A stretch of DNA of 64,000 nt from Mustelus asterias. Taxonomy: Eukaryota. Within the stretch, counting starts at the first letter, position 1, and each line of letters starts with the position of its first letter. The notes beneath the pieces were generated by a model, which did not search any database, was not told the DNA's origin, and saw only the letters and a list, made by a program, of their open reading frames with translations. Location: NCBI RefSeq assembly GCF_964213995.1, contig NC_135804.1, positions 20,956,001 through 21,020,000 on the forward strand, in the 5' to 3' direction. This document shows positions 25,188 through 36,496 of this stretch, piece by piece. Both the position numbers and the translations under genes were made by a program.

Positions 25188-25674
25188 CTTGGCACTTGTT
25201 GAGTGGCTGATAGCTAGAGATAAGCCAAGATTACTCTTCCAAAAACATACTTAATTGACTGGTAAACAATTTCAGATGTCCTGAAGTCATGGAAGATATT
25301 ATGTTATATAATATATAAGCTTTGACATGTAATTTTGTCAGCAATGCTCAAGTTCTGTACTGCCAGATGACCATTAATATTATATCATATTAATTATATT
25401 TTTTATATTTGCTTTACAGAAGAAGTGACAAGAAAAATTGGCCAGAGTAGGGCAGTGGATGTTGTATTCATGACTTTAGGAAAACCTTCGATAAGGTTCC
25501 TCATGGCAGGCTGATACAGAAGGTGAAGCCATCTGGGATCCGAGGTGAGCTGGTAAGATGGATACAAAAGTGGCTTGGGCATAGAAGTGAAGATGCCGGC
25601 GTTGGACTGGGGTAAACACAATAAGAAGTATCACAACACCAGGTTAAAGTCCAACAGGTTTATTTGGTAACAAA

Positions 25675-25716
25675 AGCCACTAGCTTTCGGAGCGCTGCCC
25701 CTTCATCAGGTGAGTG
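25675..25716 (-). ncRNA. Minimal type-I hammerhead ribozyme motif, PLE-associated, core intact
   Basis: Minus strand CUCAC-CUGAUGA-A-GGGGC-AGC-GCUCC-GAA-AGCU-A-GUGG: conserved boxes, stem II, palindromic AGCU stem III, CUA cleavage triplet, UCAC/GUGG stem I. Confidence 0.7.
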
Positions 25717-26624
25717 GGAGTTCTGTTCACAAACAGGGCATATAAAGACACAAACTCAATTTACAAAATAATGGTTGGAATGCGAGTCTTTACAGGTAAT
25801 CAAGTCTTAAAGGTACAGACAATGTGAGTGGAGAGAGTGTTAAGCACAGGTTAAAGAGATGTGTATTGTCTCCAGACAGGACAGTTAGTGAGATTTTGCA
25901 AGCCCAGGCAAGTCATGGGGGTTACAGATAGTGTGACATGAACCCAAGATCCTGGTTGAGGCCATCCTCATGTGTGCAGAACTTAGCTATCAGTCTCTGC
26001 TCAGCGACTCTGCGTTGTTGTGTGTCGTGAAGGCCGCCTTGAAGAATGCTTACCCGAAGATCAGAGGCCAAATGCCCGTGACCGCTGAAGTATTCCCCAA
26101 CAGGAAGAGAACACTCTTGCCTGGTGATTGTCGAGCGGTGTTCATTCATCCGTTGTCGTAGCGTCTACGACAGACGTTACGCTACGCTATGCAGACGCTA
26201 CGACAACGGATGAATGAACACCACTCGATAATCACCAGGCAAGAGTGTTCTCTTCCTGTTGGGGAGCACTTCAGTGTTCACGGGCATTTGGCCTCTGATC
26301 TTCGGGTCAGCGTTCTCCAAGGCGGCCTTCACGACACACAATGCAGAGTCACTGAGCAGAAACTGATAGCCAAGTTCCACGCACATGAGGACGGCCTCAA
26401 CCGGGATCTTGGGTTCATGTCACACTATCTTGCCTGGGCTTGCAAAATCTCACTAACTGTCCTGTCTGGAGACAATACACATCTCTTTAACCTGTGCTTA
26501 ACCCTCTCTCCACTCACATTGTCTGTACCTTTAAGACTTGATTACCTGTAAAGACTCGCATTCCAACCATTATTTTGTAAATTGAGTTTGTGTCTTTATA
26601 TGCCCTGTTTGTGAATAGAAATTC

Positions 26625-26665
26625 CACTCACCTGATGAAGGAGCAGCGCTCCCAAAGCTTGTGGC
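26625..26665 (+). ncRNA. Hammerhead motif in the other arm, catalytic box mutated
   Basis: ctcac-ctgatga-aggagcagcgctcc-CAAA-gcttgtgg: GAAA has become CAAA (loss of G12). Confidence 0.55.
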
Positions 26666-28249
26666 TTTGGCTACCAAATAAACCTGTTGGACTTTAACCT
26701 GGTGTTGTGAGACTTCTTATTGGGCATAGAAAGCAGAGAGTAGCAGTGGAAGGTACTTTTTTAACTGGAGATCTGTGATAAGCGGTGTTCCACAAGGATC
26801 AGTGCTGGGGCCTCTATTGTTTGTAATATATATATAAATGATTTGGAGGAAAATGTAAGTGACCTGATTAGTAAATTCGCAGATGATCAAAAATTGGGGC
26901 AGTGGCGGATAGTGAGGAGGATTGTCAGAGCATACAGCAGGATATAAATCAGCTGGAGACCTGGGTCGAAAGATGGCAGATGGAATTTAACCCAGATAAA
27001 TGTGAGGCGATGTTATTTGGAAGGTCTACTACAGAAGGAAAGTATACAGTAAATGGTAGGGACCTTAGAAATATTAGCACAGAAAGGGATCTAGGTGTGC
27101 AGTTCCAGATGTGCAGATAAAGGTGGCAACTCAGGTGACAAGGTAGTCAAGAAGGTATACGGCATGCTGGCCTTCTTTGGTTGGGGCATTGAGTATAGGA
27201 ATTGAAAAATCATGTTGCAGTTGTATAAGACTTTGGTTAGACTGCATTTGGAGTATTGTGTACAATTATGGTCGCCACACTACCAGAAGGTTGTTTTTTG
27301 CATTGGAAAGAGTGCAGAAGAGATTTATCAGGATGTTGCCTGATTTGGAGGATATGGACTATGAAGAAAGGTTGAACAAACTTGGATTGTTTTCATTGGA
27401 GCGTTGGAGGATGAAGGGGACCTGATAGAGGTTTGCACGATTATGACAGTCTTGGGTAGAGTAGATAGTCAAAATCTTTTTCCCAGGGTCGAAGGGTCAA
27501 TTACTAGGGGGCATATGGTGAAAGTGAGAGAGGGAAAGTTTGAAAGAAATGTAAGGGGCAAGTTTTCACACAGAGGGTGGTGAATGCCTGGAACGCGCTG
27601 CTGGAGGAGGTGGAGGAAGCAGATTCTATAATAACGTTCAAGAGGCATCTGAATAGATACATGAATAGGCAGGGAATAGAGAAACATGGACCACGTAGAG
27701 GTATCTGTGTCGGCCCAGACTTGGTGGACTGAAGGGCCTGTTCCTGTGCTGTACTGTTCTTTGTTCTTTATACATAAGTTCTTCTTTCTTCCTGTTTGAC
27801 AATAAAATTGCAAATTGCAGCCACTTGCTGTTTGATTATTCCCTTTATACCCTTGACCAGAAAGGACAAATAGAAAGCAAAAGAGCCAAAGATGGATGTA
27901 ATTGCAGGACATTGAAAACTAATGATCTGATGAAAGGTTCTGCTATAATTTTGTGACAGATTTATGTGAAATTGGATTAAATAACCTCAGGCTGAAACAT
28001 TGTTTGGCATCCACTTTCAGCAATGGCTTGTGACTTGCCCTGTTGAGGGAGGCAGTTTGCAAACTTCATGCTGCCTCCTCGTTTGTCTAGTTGTAGTTAA
28101 TTGCAGGGTTCGACCCACACGATCAACTAGCTGCATGCTCAGCAGGGAACCCAACAGCGTGTGAGGCTTGGGGTTGTTCCAGGCAACCTGCCCCTTTAAA
28201 AGCAGCGCTACATTGACTGAAAGGAAGCTGCTGCTGACAGCTGATACTG

Positions 28250-28500
28250 CGATAGGAAACAAAGTGGCAGCGAGGGAGTGTAAAGGTTCACAGATGAAGT
28301 GCTGGAGGTCTTTGCCATGGAGTTGGACAGGAGGATGGAGGCCATGTTTCCATGGTGGTTGGGGAGCAGGATGCTATTAAGGATCACCCTTCCAATTGAA
28401 TGGTATAATGTTAGGGTTTGGTGGCCAGGGAAATCAATAAAAGGAGTTTGGTGTCAGTAGAGCTGAAATAAGTTCAATTACCAAATGCAGGTGATCAGCT
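28250..28500 (+). pseudogene. Harbinger Myb/SANT-like ORF remnant
   Basis: FTDEVLEVFAMELDRRMEAMF, then a later KFN, fit the Myb_DNA-bind_5 pattern. Confidence 0.55.
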
Positions 28501-28699
28501 CAGTGAATACATTTTTAAAAGGGTAGGAGAAACTCAGCTTATGTTTTTGGACAATTGGTCCTGTGTGAAGGATCCAGGCTACATCTACCCTTCTTCCTCC
28601 TCCTCCTCCTCCTCCTTTTCCTTGTCCTCACAAGGTGGCCCCTGTTCCTTGCCATGGCTGCCCCTCCATGATGTGGTGTTGGGGATGTTGCAGAGGACA

Positions 28700-29110
28700 C
28701 CATGAATTTTGAGTCACATTCTGGGGCACTTGTAGGTTCCCCCAAGTGATCCAGCTTTCTGAAACATTACTTTAGCACATCAATGGTCTGCTCTATGGGA
28801 TTTCTGGTGGCTGCATGGTTTTCGTTGTTTGCCTGTTGTCCTCACGTGGCCTGTGTGGTGAGGGTATGGTCAAGCATGGACATACTACATGTACCCATCA
28901 GGGAGTATCTCCGAGCTGCCACCCTCTGGTTCTGCTTGGAGACAACTGGAACAGCTGACTGCCTCAGAATGATGGCATCATGGCTACTTCTCGGATAGCA
29001 CTCATTACCCATATGACGTACTGTGCATGGTTGCACATCAACCGAACATCCATGGAATGGTTGTCTTTTCAGTCCCTATACTTTTCATGGAGGGGCTGTA
29101 GAGTCATGTG
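28700..29110 (-). pseudogene. Harbinger (HARBI1/DDE_Tnp_4-type) transposase remnant
   Basis: Minus strand YRD*KDNHSMDVRLMCNH (cf. NRKGFHSLNVQLVCDH) and YPRSSHDAIILRQS (cf. WPGSVHDAxIL); stops and frameshifts present. Confidence 0.7.
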
Positions 29111-29316
29111 TGTGTGGGTTGCTGGGCAAGCCAAGCAGGCCTCGGTGGGGTGGGATGGGGAGTTGCTGTGGGCAAGTGGGGGTCAGCTATTTCCTCCAAG
29201 AAGCCCCTCGGTGAGCCAAAGAATGGCCAAACATGATTGTCCCGCCCAGCTGCTATGAGACCACTAGGGTTTATTTGATGGGCTGCCCGCAAAGTGGCAG
29301 ACACCCCACCACCAGG

Positions 29317-29640
29317 TCAGCATGATGGCACAGTGGTTAGCACTGCTGCCTCACAGTGCCAGGGACCCGGGTTCGATTCCCGACTTGGGTCACTGTCTAT
29401 GCGGAAGCTACACATTCTCTCCCCGTGTTTGCATGGGTTTCCTCCGGGTGCTCCAGTTTCCTCTCACAGTCTGAAAGATGTGCTGGTTAGATGCATTAGC
29501 CATGCTAAATTCTCCCTCAGTGTACTCGAACAAGCACTGGAGTGTGACAACTCAGGGATTTTCACAGTAACTTCATTGCAGTGTAAGTAATGTGTAAGTG
29601 TAAAGTAAGCCTACCTGTGGCACTCATAAATAAAATTAAA
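29317..29640 (+). mobile_element. V-type SINE with alternative tail
   Basis: HE1-type head and core followed by ttctccctcagtgta...ttcacagtaacttcattgcagtg...aaataaa. Confidence 0.85.
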
Positions 29641-30979
29641 CTAATATAATGCCAATGGAATTAAGAAGAGGCCCATGATTGGTTATTTAGCGACTCCATT
29701 GGGCTCCAAGCAGGTAGGCCTTCTGTTACTTGTCCTGGCATTGGCAAAATAGCATGGTGGCAGGGAGACAACTGACATGCCACCTGATGCACTCTGGCCT
29801 CATCCTCAGAGGGATCACAAAATTCCAGCAAAATGTAATTGCCTCTCTCCATGTATATGGCCTTTGTCATGTGTATTATGATCCTTGATCCTCGACCAGA
29901 TCCCCAGGATTTTGGTAAGATTAGGTTAGGGACTAACAACATTTTGACTAAAGTAGACAAGTTTTGAGATTCAAGATACTTGGTCAGAGAATAAAGTCAC
30001 ATGATTTCATGGGTTTTGAACAAACAAAAGCAAACTCTACTTTGCAAGGTCAGAAAGATAAAACAATTTCCTATATCTTAGTCCAACATTCCCAGTTAAG
30101 ATGCGATACATGTGAATTAACTGGCAAATTGTGGTCGAACACACCACATTGCGCAATAAATTGCAGGCGTAACTAAGACAGAATCCATGGATTTTTCAAC
30201 AACCCACCCAGACGTCAGTCTACACTGTGAGTCAACAAATCTCACTGAAATTCTGTCTCTCTAATGAGGGATTCCAGTCTTCATCTTCAAAGATCTCATT
30301 TTTGAAATCGCTTCAAAAGATTCTGAGACTCGAACGGCTTTAGATGGTCCATTTTGTGGGGTTTCAGTCTCATCTTCTGAGATTGCATTCCATTGGATTC
30401 CTGAATATGTACTCAAGCACCAACGCATGGACACAACTTCAGCCCTTTGGCTGCGCCAGGCACAATATAACTGCTCCCTAGGGGTACCTCCACCCCAGCA
30501 GCCACCAGGAGTCACCAAATTTCTGTTGCCTTCTTGCATCTTCAGGGCTTCTTCTGAGCCCTCTTCACTAAAGTTCTGGTACCCATAGCTGTTTTCCTGT
30601 TTGGAGCTTGTCTATCTGCTCTTTGTTTTCTTAATTGGGACCTGTCTCTGTCCCCTCGCCTGGGACTCTTCCTCTGGGGCCACATTCTGTCCTCTCTCCC
30701 TTTTGGGAGCTCTCCCTGTCTCCCACCCTTTCTGCTGCTTGTGACACTTCATTTCAATGGCATCCTCCTGGTCACCTGACCCGGGTCTTCGCACTATTTT
30801 TCTTCATGCGTAGGTAGAAGATTCCCTCTTCTCATTCATCTATTCTTCATTTGATCACTTTCTAGAGTTGGACTGAGATGCTTAGACCTATTCGTGCAAC
30901 ATCCAAAATGATTCATTTGTTTGGCATGGGCCAAGAATGAAAAAAATGCAGAACTGTGGCTCCCAGTCTGCACATGTGA

Positions 30980-31235
30980 AAAACTCCAATCGTGACTTGA
31001 TCTGCATTCTCAGTTTTAATATAAGTCTGGCGCTCATAACAGGCATTAAATGCAGCAATGGCCTGAACGCTGGGGAGACGTTTCGTATGTCGTGCACTTC
31101 TGCCTGGAATAGTCCGATCATGTAGAAATTTAATGAGATAATGGCCTTTATAGGCATTGACAACGCTGTTCTCATCCTAGCGTGGGGCTACAGGGCATGC
31201 TGAAGGAGATGGTACAGTTCATTAAATCCCTCCTT
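30980..31235 (-). pseudogene. Second Harbinger transposase N-terminal remnant
   Basis: Minus strand FNELYHLLQHAL*PHARMRTALSMPIKAIISLNFYMIGLFQAEVHDIRNVS, resembling HARBI1-family AL....K...AL.FY..GSFQ...GD...IS. Confidence 0.6.
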
Positions 31236-31904
31236 GAATCGGAGTCACCTCAGCGGCTGCTCCTGGGTGAGGTGGAGGTGAGGGAGGTGTTCCTTGCGAG
31301 CCAGTGGTGTGTTGGGCCGTCTGTACAGAGGCTTCCTCCTTCTCCCTCATTGCAAAGCTTCCCCTTACTGCAGCTTCTGCGCCATTTCTTGCTCATGTTG
31401 CAGAGTCAGAGGCAGTGTAGCTACAGCCCCCTTTGTACCTCTTGTCAACTTTTGATGCATACAGCTAACTAAATCTTCTGCTTCCCCTGAATGGATGTAC
31501 ACACTCACCAACAGAGCTCCAATCACAAGCCAGAATACTGCAACAAATGTTTGGCACATCTAAGTCAAAAGCATCTTGCCTACAAGTTAGGTTGTTGTCC
31601 CTTCTTGGACCATGATCAGCCATGATCATATTGAATGGCGAATGGCTTTGAGGGGCTGAATGGCCTATTTTTGCTTCTACTTCATAGGGTTGCATGTTTG
31701 TATTGAGTGGGGTCCTTCGTGCAGAGTAGTAGTTGACATCACAATCAGACATCTCCTATTGTTTCCAGCACTAGCGGAGCAGACTTACGTTCTGCCCTTC
31801 ACAGAATGGGGCCCTTCGCCGCAAGTGGCTGAGAGTTAAATGTGCTGCCTTTTTCACATCGGGACTTCTGTACCACTGGCACCGTTGGCCACAAGACTTC
31901 ATGG

Positions 31905-33370
31905 GATTCTTTCTTTTTATTCATTCGTGGGACATGGACGTCGCTGGCTTACCTGCATTTATTGCCCATCCCTAGTTGCCCTTGAGAAGGTGGTGGTGAG
32001 CTGCCTTCTTGAAACGCTGCAGTCCATGTTCTGTGGGTTGACCCACAATGCCGTTAGGGAGGGAATTCCAGGATTTTGACCCAGGGACTGTGAAGGAACA
32101 GTGATATATTTCCAAGTCAGGATGGTGAGTGGCTTGGAGGGGAACTTGCAGGTGGTGGTGTTCCCATGTGTCTACTACCCTTGTCCTTCAAGATGGAAGT
32201 GGTTGTGGGTTTGGAATGTGCTGTCTAAGGATTTTTGGTGGATTGCTGCACTGCATCTTGTAGATAGTACACACTGCTGCTACTGAGTGTCGGTGGTGGA
32301 GAGAGTGGATGTTTGTAGATGTGGTGCCAATTAAGCAGGCTATTTTCTCCTGGATGGTGTCAAGCTTTTTGAGTGTTGTTGGCGCTGCACCCATCAAGGC
32401 AAGTGGGGAATATTCCATCACACTCCTGACCTGTGCCTTGTAGATGGTGGATAGGCTTTGGGGAGTCAGGAGGTGAGTTACTCGCCGCAGTATTCCTAGC
32501 CTCTGACCTGCTCTTGTAGCCACTGTGTTTATGTGGTGAGTCCAGTTGAGTTTCTGGTCAATGGTAACCCCAAGGATGTTGACAGTGGGGGATTCAGTGA
32601 TGGTTACACCATTGAATGTCAAGGGACAGTGGTTAGTGTGTCCCTTATTGGTGATGGTTATTGCCAGGCATTTGTGTGGCGCAAATGTTACTTGCCACTT
32701 GTTAGCCCAAGCCTGGATATTGTCCAGATCTTGTTGCATTTGAATGTGGACTGCTTCAGTATCTGAGGAGTTGCGAATGGTGCTGAACATTGTGCAATCA
32801 TCAACGAACGTTCCCATTTCTAACCTTATGATGGAGGAAAGGTCATTGATGAAGCAGCTGAAGATTGTTGGGCCTAGGCCACTAACCCTGAGGGACTCCT
32901 GCAGGGATGTCCTGGAGCTGAGATGACTGAGCCTCCACAACCACAACCATTTTTCTATGTACCAGGTATGATTTCAACCAGCAGAGTGTTAGCCCCTGAT
33001 ACCCATTGATTCCAGTTTTGCTAGGGCTCCTTGATGCCACACTCGGTCAAATGCGGCCTTGATGTCAAGGACCGTCACTCTCATGTTGCCTCTGGAATTC
33101 AGTTCTTTCGTCCATCTTTGAACCAAGGCTGTAATGAAGTCAGGAGCTGAGTGAGTCTGGCGAAGCCCAAACTGGGCATCACTGAGCAGGTTGTGGTGAG
33201 CAGGTGCTGCTTGATAGCATTGTCGATGACCCCTTCCATCACTTTACTGATGTTCGAAAGTAGACTGATTGGGTAGTAATTGGTCGGGTTGGATTTGTCC
33301 TGCTTTTTGTGTACAGGACATACCTGGGCAATTTTCCATATTGTTGAGTAGATGCCAGTGTTGTAACTGT
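31905..33370 (-). mobile_element. CR1-clade LINE (family-2 partner), 5'-truncated
   Basis: ORF 32188-32946 LGPTIFSCFINDL...FVDDCT...WQVTFAPHKC...YKAQVRSVMEYS; tail shared with family-2 SINEs. Confidence 0.9.
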
Positions 33371-34269
33371 TCTGGAAAATCTTGAAGGGATCTGCCGTAA
33401 ATAGTGAGGACCACCAGAGCCACCCACCCGGGCTGCAATCTCTCGTCGGCTTGTCTTGTCAGTGAGGCAGGACCCCCCCCGAGGGATGGCGTTGGAGGAG
33501 TGTGGCCTAACTTCCTTGCTGAATTTTAAACAATGCCCGCGTTCTGCCTGTGAATGCAATTACATATTTTGAGCAGGAGCTTTCTGTGGCAGACTGCAAG
33601 GAACAGGAGCTTGGTACATTTCTGGATTGTTTTGATTCATAAATCACAAGGGGAATAAATATCACTAATGAATACAAGTGTCTATGTGAACTAGGGGAAT
33701 AAATTAGGCATGAGTTAGGCATTTCCACAAAGGAAATGAATGGCTTTGGGAAAACAATAGAGGCTTTCTTTTTATTTAATAGTAATTAAATCCAAATATG
33801 AAAGGATTCTCTTTCTTTGTCACTTGGAAGGGAGCGTCATTACTGCTGGTTTGCTATCCTGTAACAGATGCCTGCAAAACGCAGATAAAAGATTCAATGG
33901 TTGAGGTAGCTGGTCGGTTTACAATGTTCCATATTGTCAGCTGGGTTTTATATTCAGAAAGGTTGAATAACCACGCTGCAGCCTGAATTATCCAAACTGA
34001 GAGAGCTAGACAGTAATATGCCAGAGATTACACCATAATTACAAAGCAGGCAGTAATTTCATTCACATGCTCTGTCGCATGGAAGTTCTAAATGTACTTT
34101 TCCTCAATAGGATTAATGCAGCATAAAGAAATTAGGCTAAATACTTCAGCAGGAAAATAACAAAATTCATTTTGCTGTTGATTTTTTCTGCTAAGCTTGG
34201 AACAAGAGATGCCTCCGATGTTAAATCTTCTTTTGGTCTGGGCCTGTTCTGTAACATGGAGCACACACA

Positions 34270-34572
34270 ATATGGTTAGACAATGGTTAGCACTGCTGCC
34301 TCACAGTGCCAGGGACCCGGGTTCGATTCCCGACTTGGGTCACTGTCTGTGTGGAGTCTGCACATTCTCCCCATGTCTACGTGGGTTTCCTCCGGATGCT
34401 CCGGTTTCCTCCCACAGTCCAAAAGACGTGCTGGTTAGGTGCATTGACCATGCTAAATTCTCCCACAGTGGACCCAAACAGGTGTCGGAATGTGGCGACT
34501 AGGGAGTTTCACAGTAACTTCATTGCAGTGTTAATGTAAGCCTACTTGAGACTAGTAAATAAAGTTAAACTT
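34270..34572 (+). mobile_element. V-type SINE with alternative tail
   Basis: Same structure as 29317-29640. Confidence 0.85.
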
Positions 34573-34904
34573 ATATACAATTATTGTCTAAGTCTTTTAC
34601 AGTCCATAGTCCTACTTGCCCAATGAGAAAGTGATAATATCATATTAGCTGCTCATTTTTCAATGTAAAGAAAATCAGGCAGTGGGTAAAACCGATGGTC
34701 CATCTGATTGTGTCAGTTTTGCACTGGGTGACTAAAATTAAAACCATTCCCTTAAATTCAAAATCAAATCTACATTTATAATTGTTTATTTGTAGCATGC
34801 AGTTGAACAGAGTGAAAGGGGGATAAGAACTTGCAACGGTTTTAGTGTTATCTTATGATTAAATTTAGCACCTCTGTGAAAAGTATTAAAACAAAGTGTC
34901 CCAC

Positions 34905-35030
34905 CAACATTGGGCAGGAGAGTTCCCCTGTTGTCCTGACCGGTATTTACTAACCTCACTAAGACAGATCATTTATCATTTCTCTTCTTTGCGGAATTTT
35001 GCTGTGTGCAAATTGGTTCCTGAGTTTCCG
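34905..35030 (+). mobile_element. Possible Deu-domain SINE fragment (SacSINE1/AmnSINE-like)
   Basis: gcaggagagttcccctgttgtcctg...ttgctgtgtgcaaattgg...gtttcc resembles the DeuSINE 3' region as I recall it; not aligned. Confidence 0.4.
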
Positions 35031-35925
35031 CTTGTCTGGTTCCTCAGGGCTCAGTACAAAGTCCCCTGCTTTATGTGGTATATATTAACAATTTGGATGT
35101 AAACTTAGGGGAAATGATCAGGTTTGCAGATGCACAAAAATTGACTGCATATGAGGAGGACAGGAGTAGACTCCCGGAAGATATCAATGGACAATTTGAC
35201 CTCCCCAAATCCTCCCCAAATCCTCTCTGGATTGAATTCCATTTGCTCATTTTCTGCCAAGCTGATCAGTCATAGATGTCATAGATCATCATGACATCTA
35301 TGACTGGTCAGCTTGGCAGAAAATGAGCAAATGGAATTCAATCCAGAGAGGATTTGGGGAGGTCAAACAAAGCAAAGGAATACACAATCATACTGACAGG
35401 GGTATAGGAAGTCAGGGACCTTGGAACAAATGTTCCCTGAAGGGAACAGGACTGATCTATCAGGTGGTTAAGAAGGAAAATGGGATCCTTTCCTTTATTA
35501 GCCAAGGCATAGAATTTAAGAGCAGGGAGGTTATGCTGGAACTATATAAAAATTAGTTAGGCCACACCGTGAGCACTGTGTGCAGCTCTGGTCACCTCAT
35601 TACAGAAAAGATGTAATTGCATTAGAGAGCGTATGGAGGAGATGTTATGAAGATGTTTCCAGAACCCAAACATTGCAGCTATGAAAGATTGGATAAGCTG
35701 ATGTTCCCCTTGGAACAGACGAGGCTGAGGGGAGATTTTATTGAGATGTACAAAGCTTTAAGGGCCTGGATATAGTTGATGGGAAGGGCCTAATTACTAT
35801 AGTGTAGAGGTCAGTGGGAAGGGGGCATATATTTAAAGTTATTGGTAAAAGGATTAGAGTGGACATGAAGAAAAATGTTTTCACCCAGAGCATAGTAAGA
35901 GTCTGGAACTCACTGCCTGGAAGGA
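35030..35925 (+). mobile_element. Decayed CR1 LINE containing a fold-back duplication
   Basis: INNLDV...FADA...NGILSFISQGIEFKSREVMLELYK motifs. Confidence 0.75.
35195..35367. repeat. Near-perfect inverted repeat, arms about 75 bp
   Basis: tttgacctccccaaatcctctctggattgaattcc...catagatgtcat is the reverse complement of atgacatctatg...ggaattcaatccagagaggatttggggaggtcaaa; the left arm has an extra 11-bp tandem copy. Confidence 0.92.
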
Positions 35926-36496
35926 TAGTTTACTTATGAAACACCTTACTTACGATTACGTTCACTGTAATGTTGTGTTGTAAAATTGTGTTTCCGATCG
36001 AATTTCCATCATGTTCATCTGCTGCTGTGTCATTGACACTGCCTTGTCTTTTGGACAGGGCACAGTCACACTCCACAATTACACAAGTGTGAAATTCAAA
36101 TGTGCTGACAGTCACAAAATCAGAGGCATTTACTTTTGGCATAATGTTCTATCTATATTTGAGTGAAATATTACAGTTAGATTAGGATTAGGGTAATGAA
36201 TGAAATGTGTCAGTTAAAACCTCTTACGCCATGACCTTACTAAGGAGCTAACAGTTCTAATTAAATGTGCACAAGAATTGGAATCAGATTACAAGAATCT
36301 GCCGATACATGCAGCATCAACCTCATCAAAATGGTGCCTTTAAAATAGAAAAATGCTCCAGGATGCTTTTTAGAAAAGGGTTATAAAATCAGAAGTAGCA
36401 CTGAGCCAAAGGAGGAAATATTGAGACAGGTAATGAAAAGCTTGGTCAAAGGGTTAATGTTTTGCAGCAAGAGCTAAAGATGGAGAGGGGAAGATT

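Larger units (their letters stand above)
25587..26719. mobile_element. Penelope-like element: two inverted 3' portions (GIY-YIG C-terminus plus pLTR)
   Basis: Arms 25587-26166 (-) and 26193-26719 (+) both encode TLRQRMNEH.S.I...LPVGE.FS...R...EQ.LIAKF..HEDGLN.D.GF (PLE GIY-YIG C-terminus). 12-bp TSD ttgggcatagaa (25575-25586, 26720-26731). Confidence 0.9.
25415..27770 (+). mobile_element. Decayed CR1 LINE (RT region to 3' tail), interrupted by the Penelope-like element
   Basis: AVDVV...F.KV...SGVPQGSVLG...ISKFADD...WQMEFNPDKCE...LERVQKRF motifs with frameshifts; (gttcttt)n tail. Confidence 0.85.

Noticed and set aside
31365-31559. Signal-peptide-like ORF MCQTFVAVFWLVIGALL with a gtgagt donor at 31508
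   Set aside because: The phase-0 donor does not fit the PKD1L2 acceptors, it sits among Harbinger and LINE remnants, and PKD1L2 exon 1 has its own leader.
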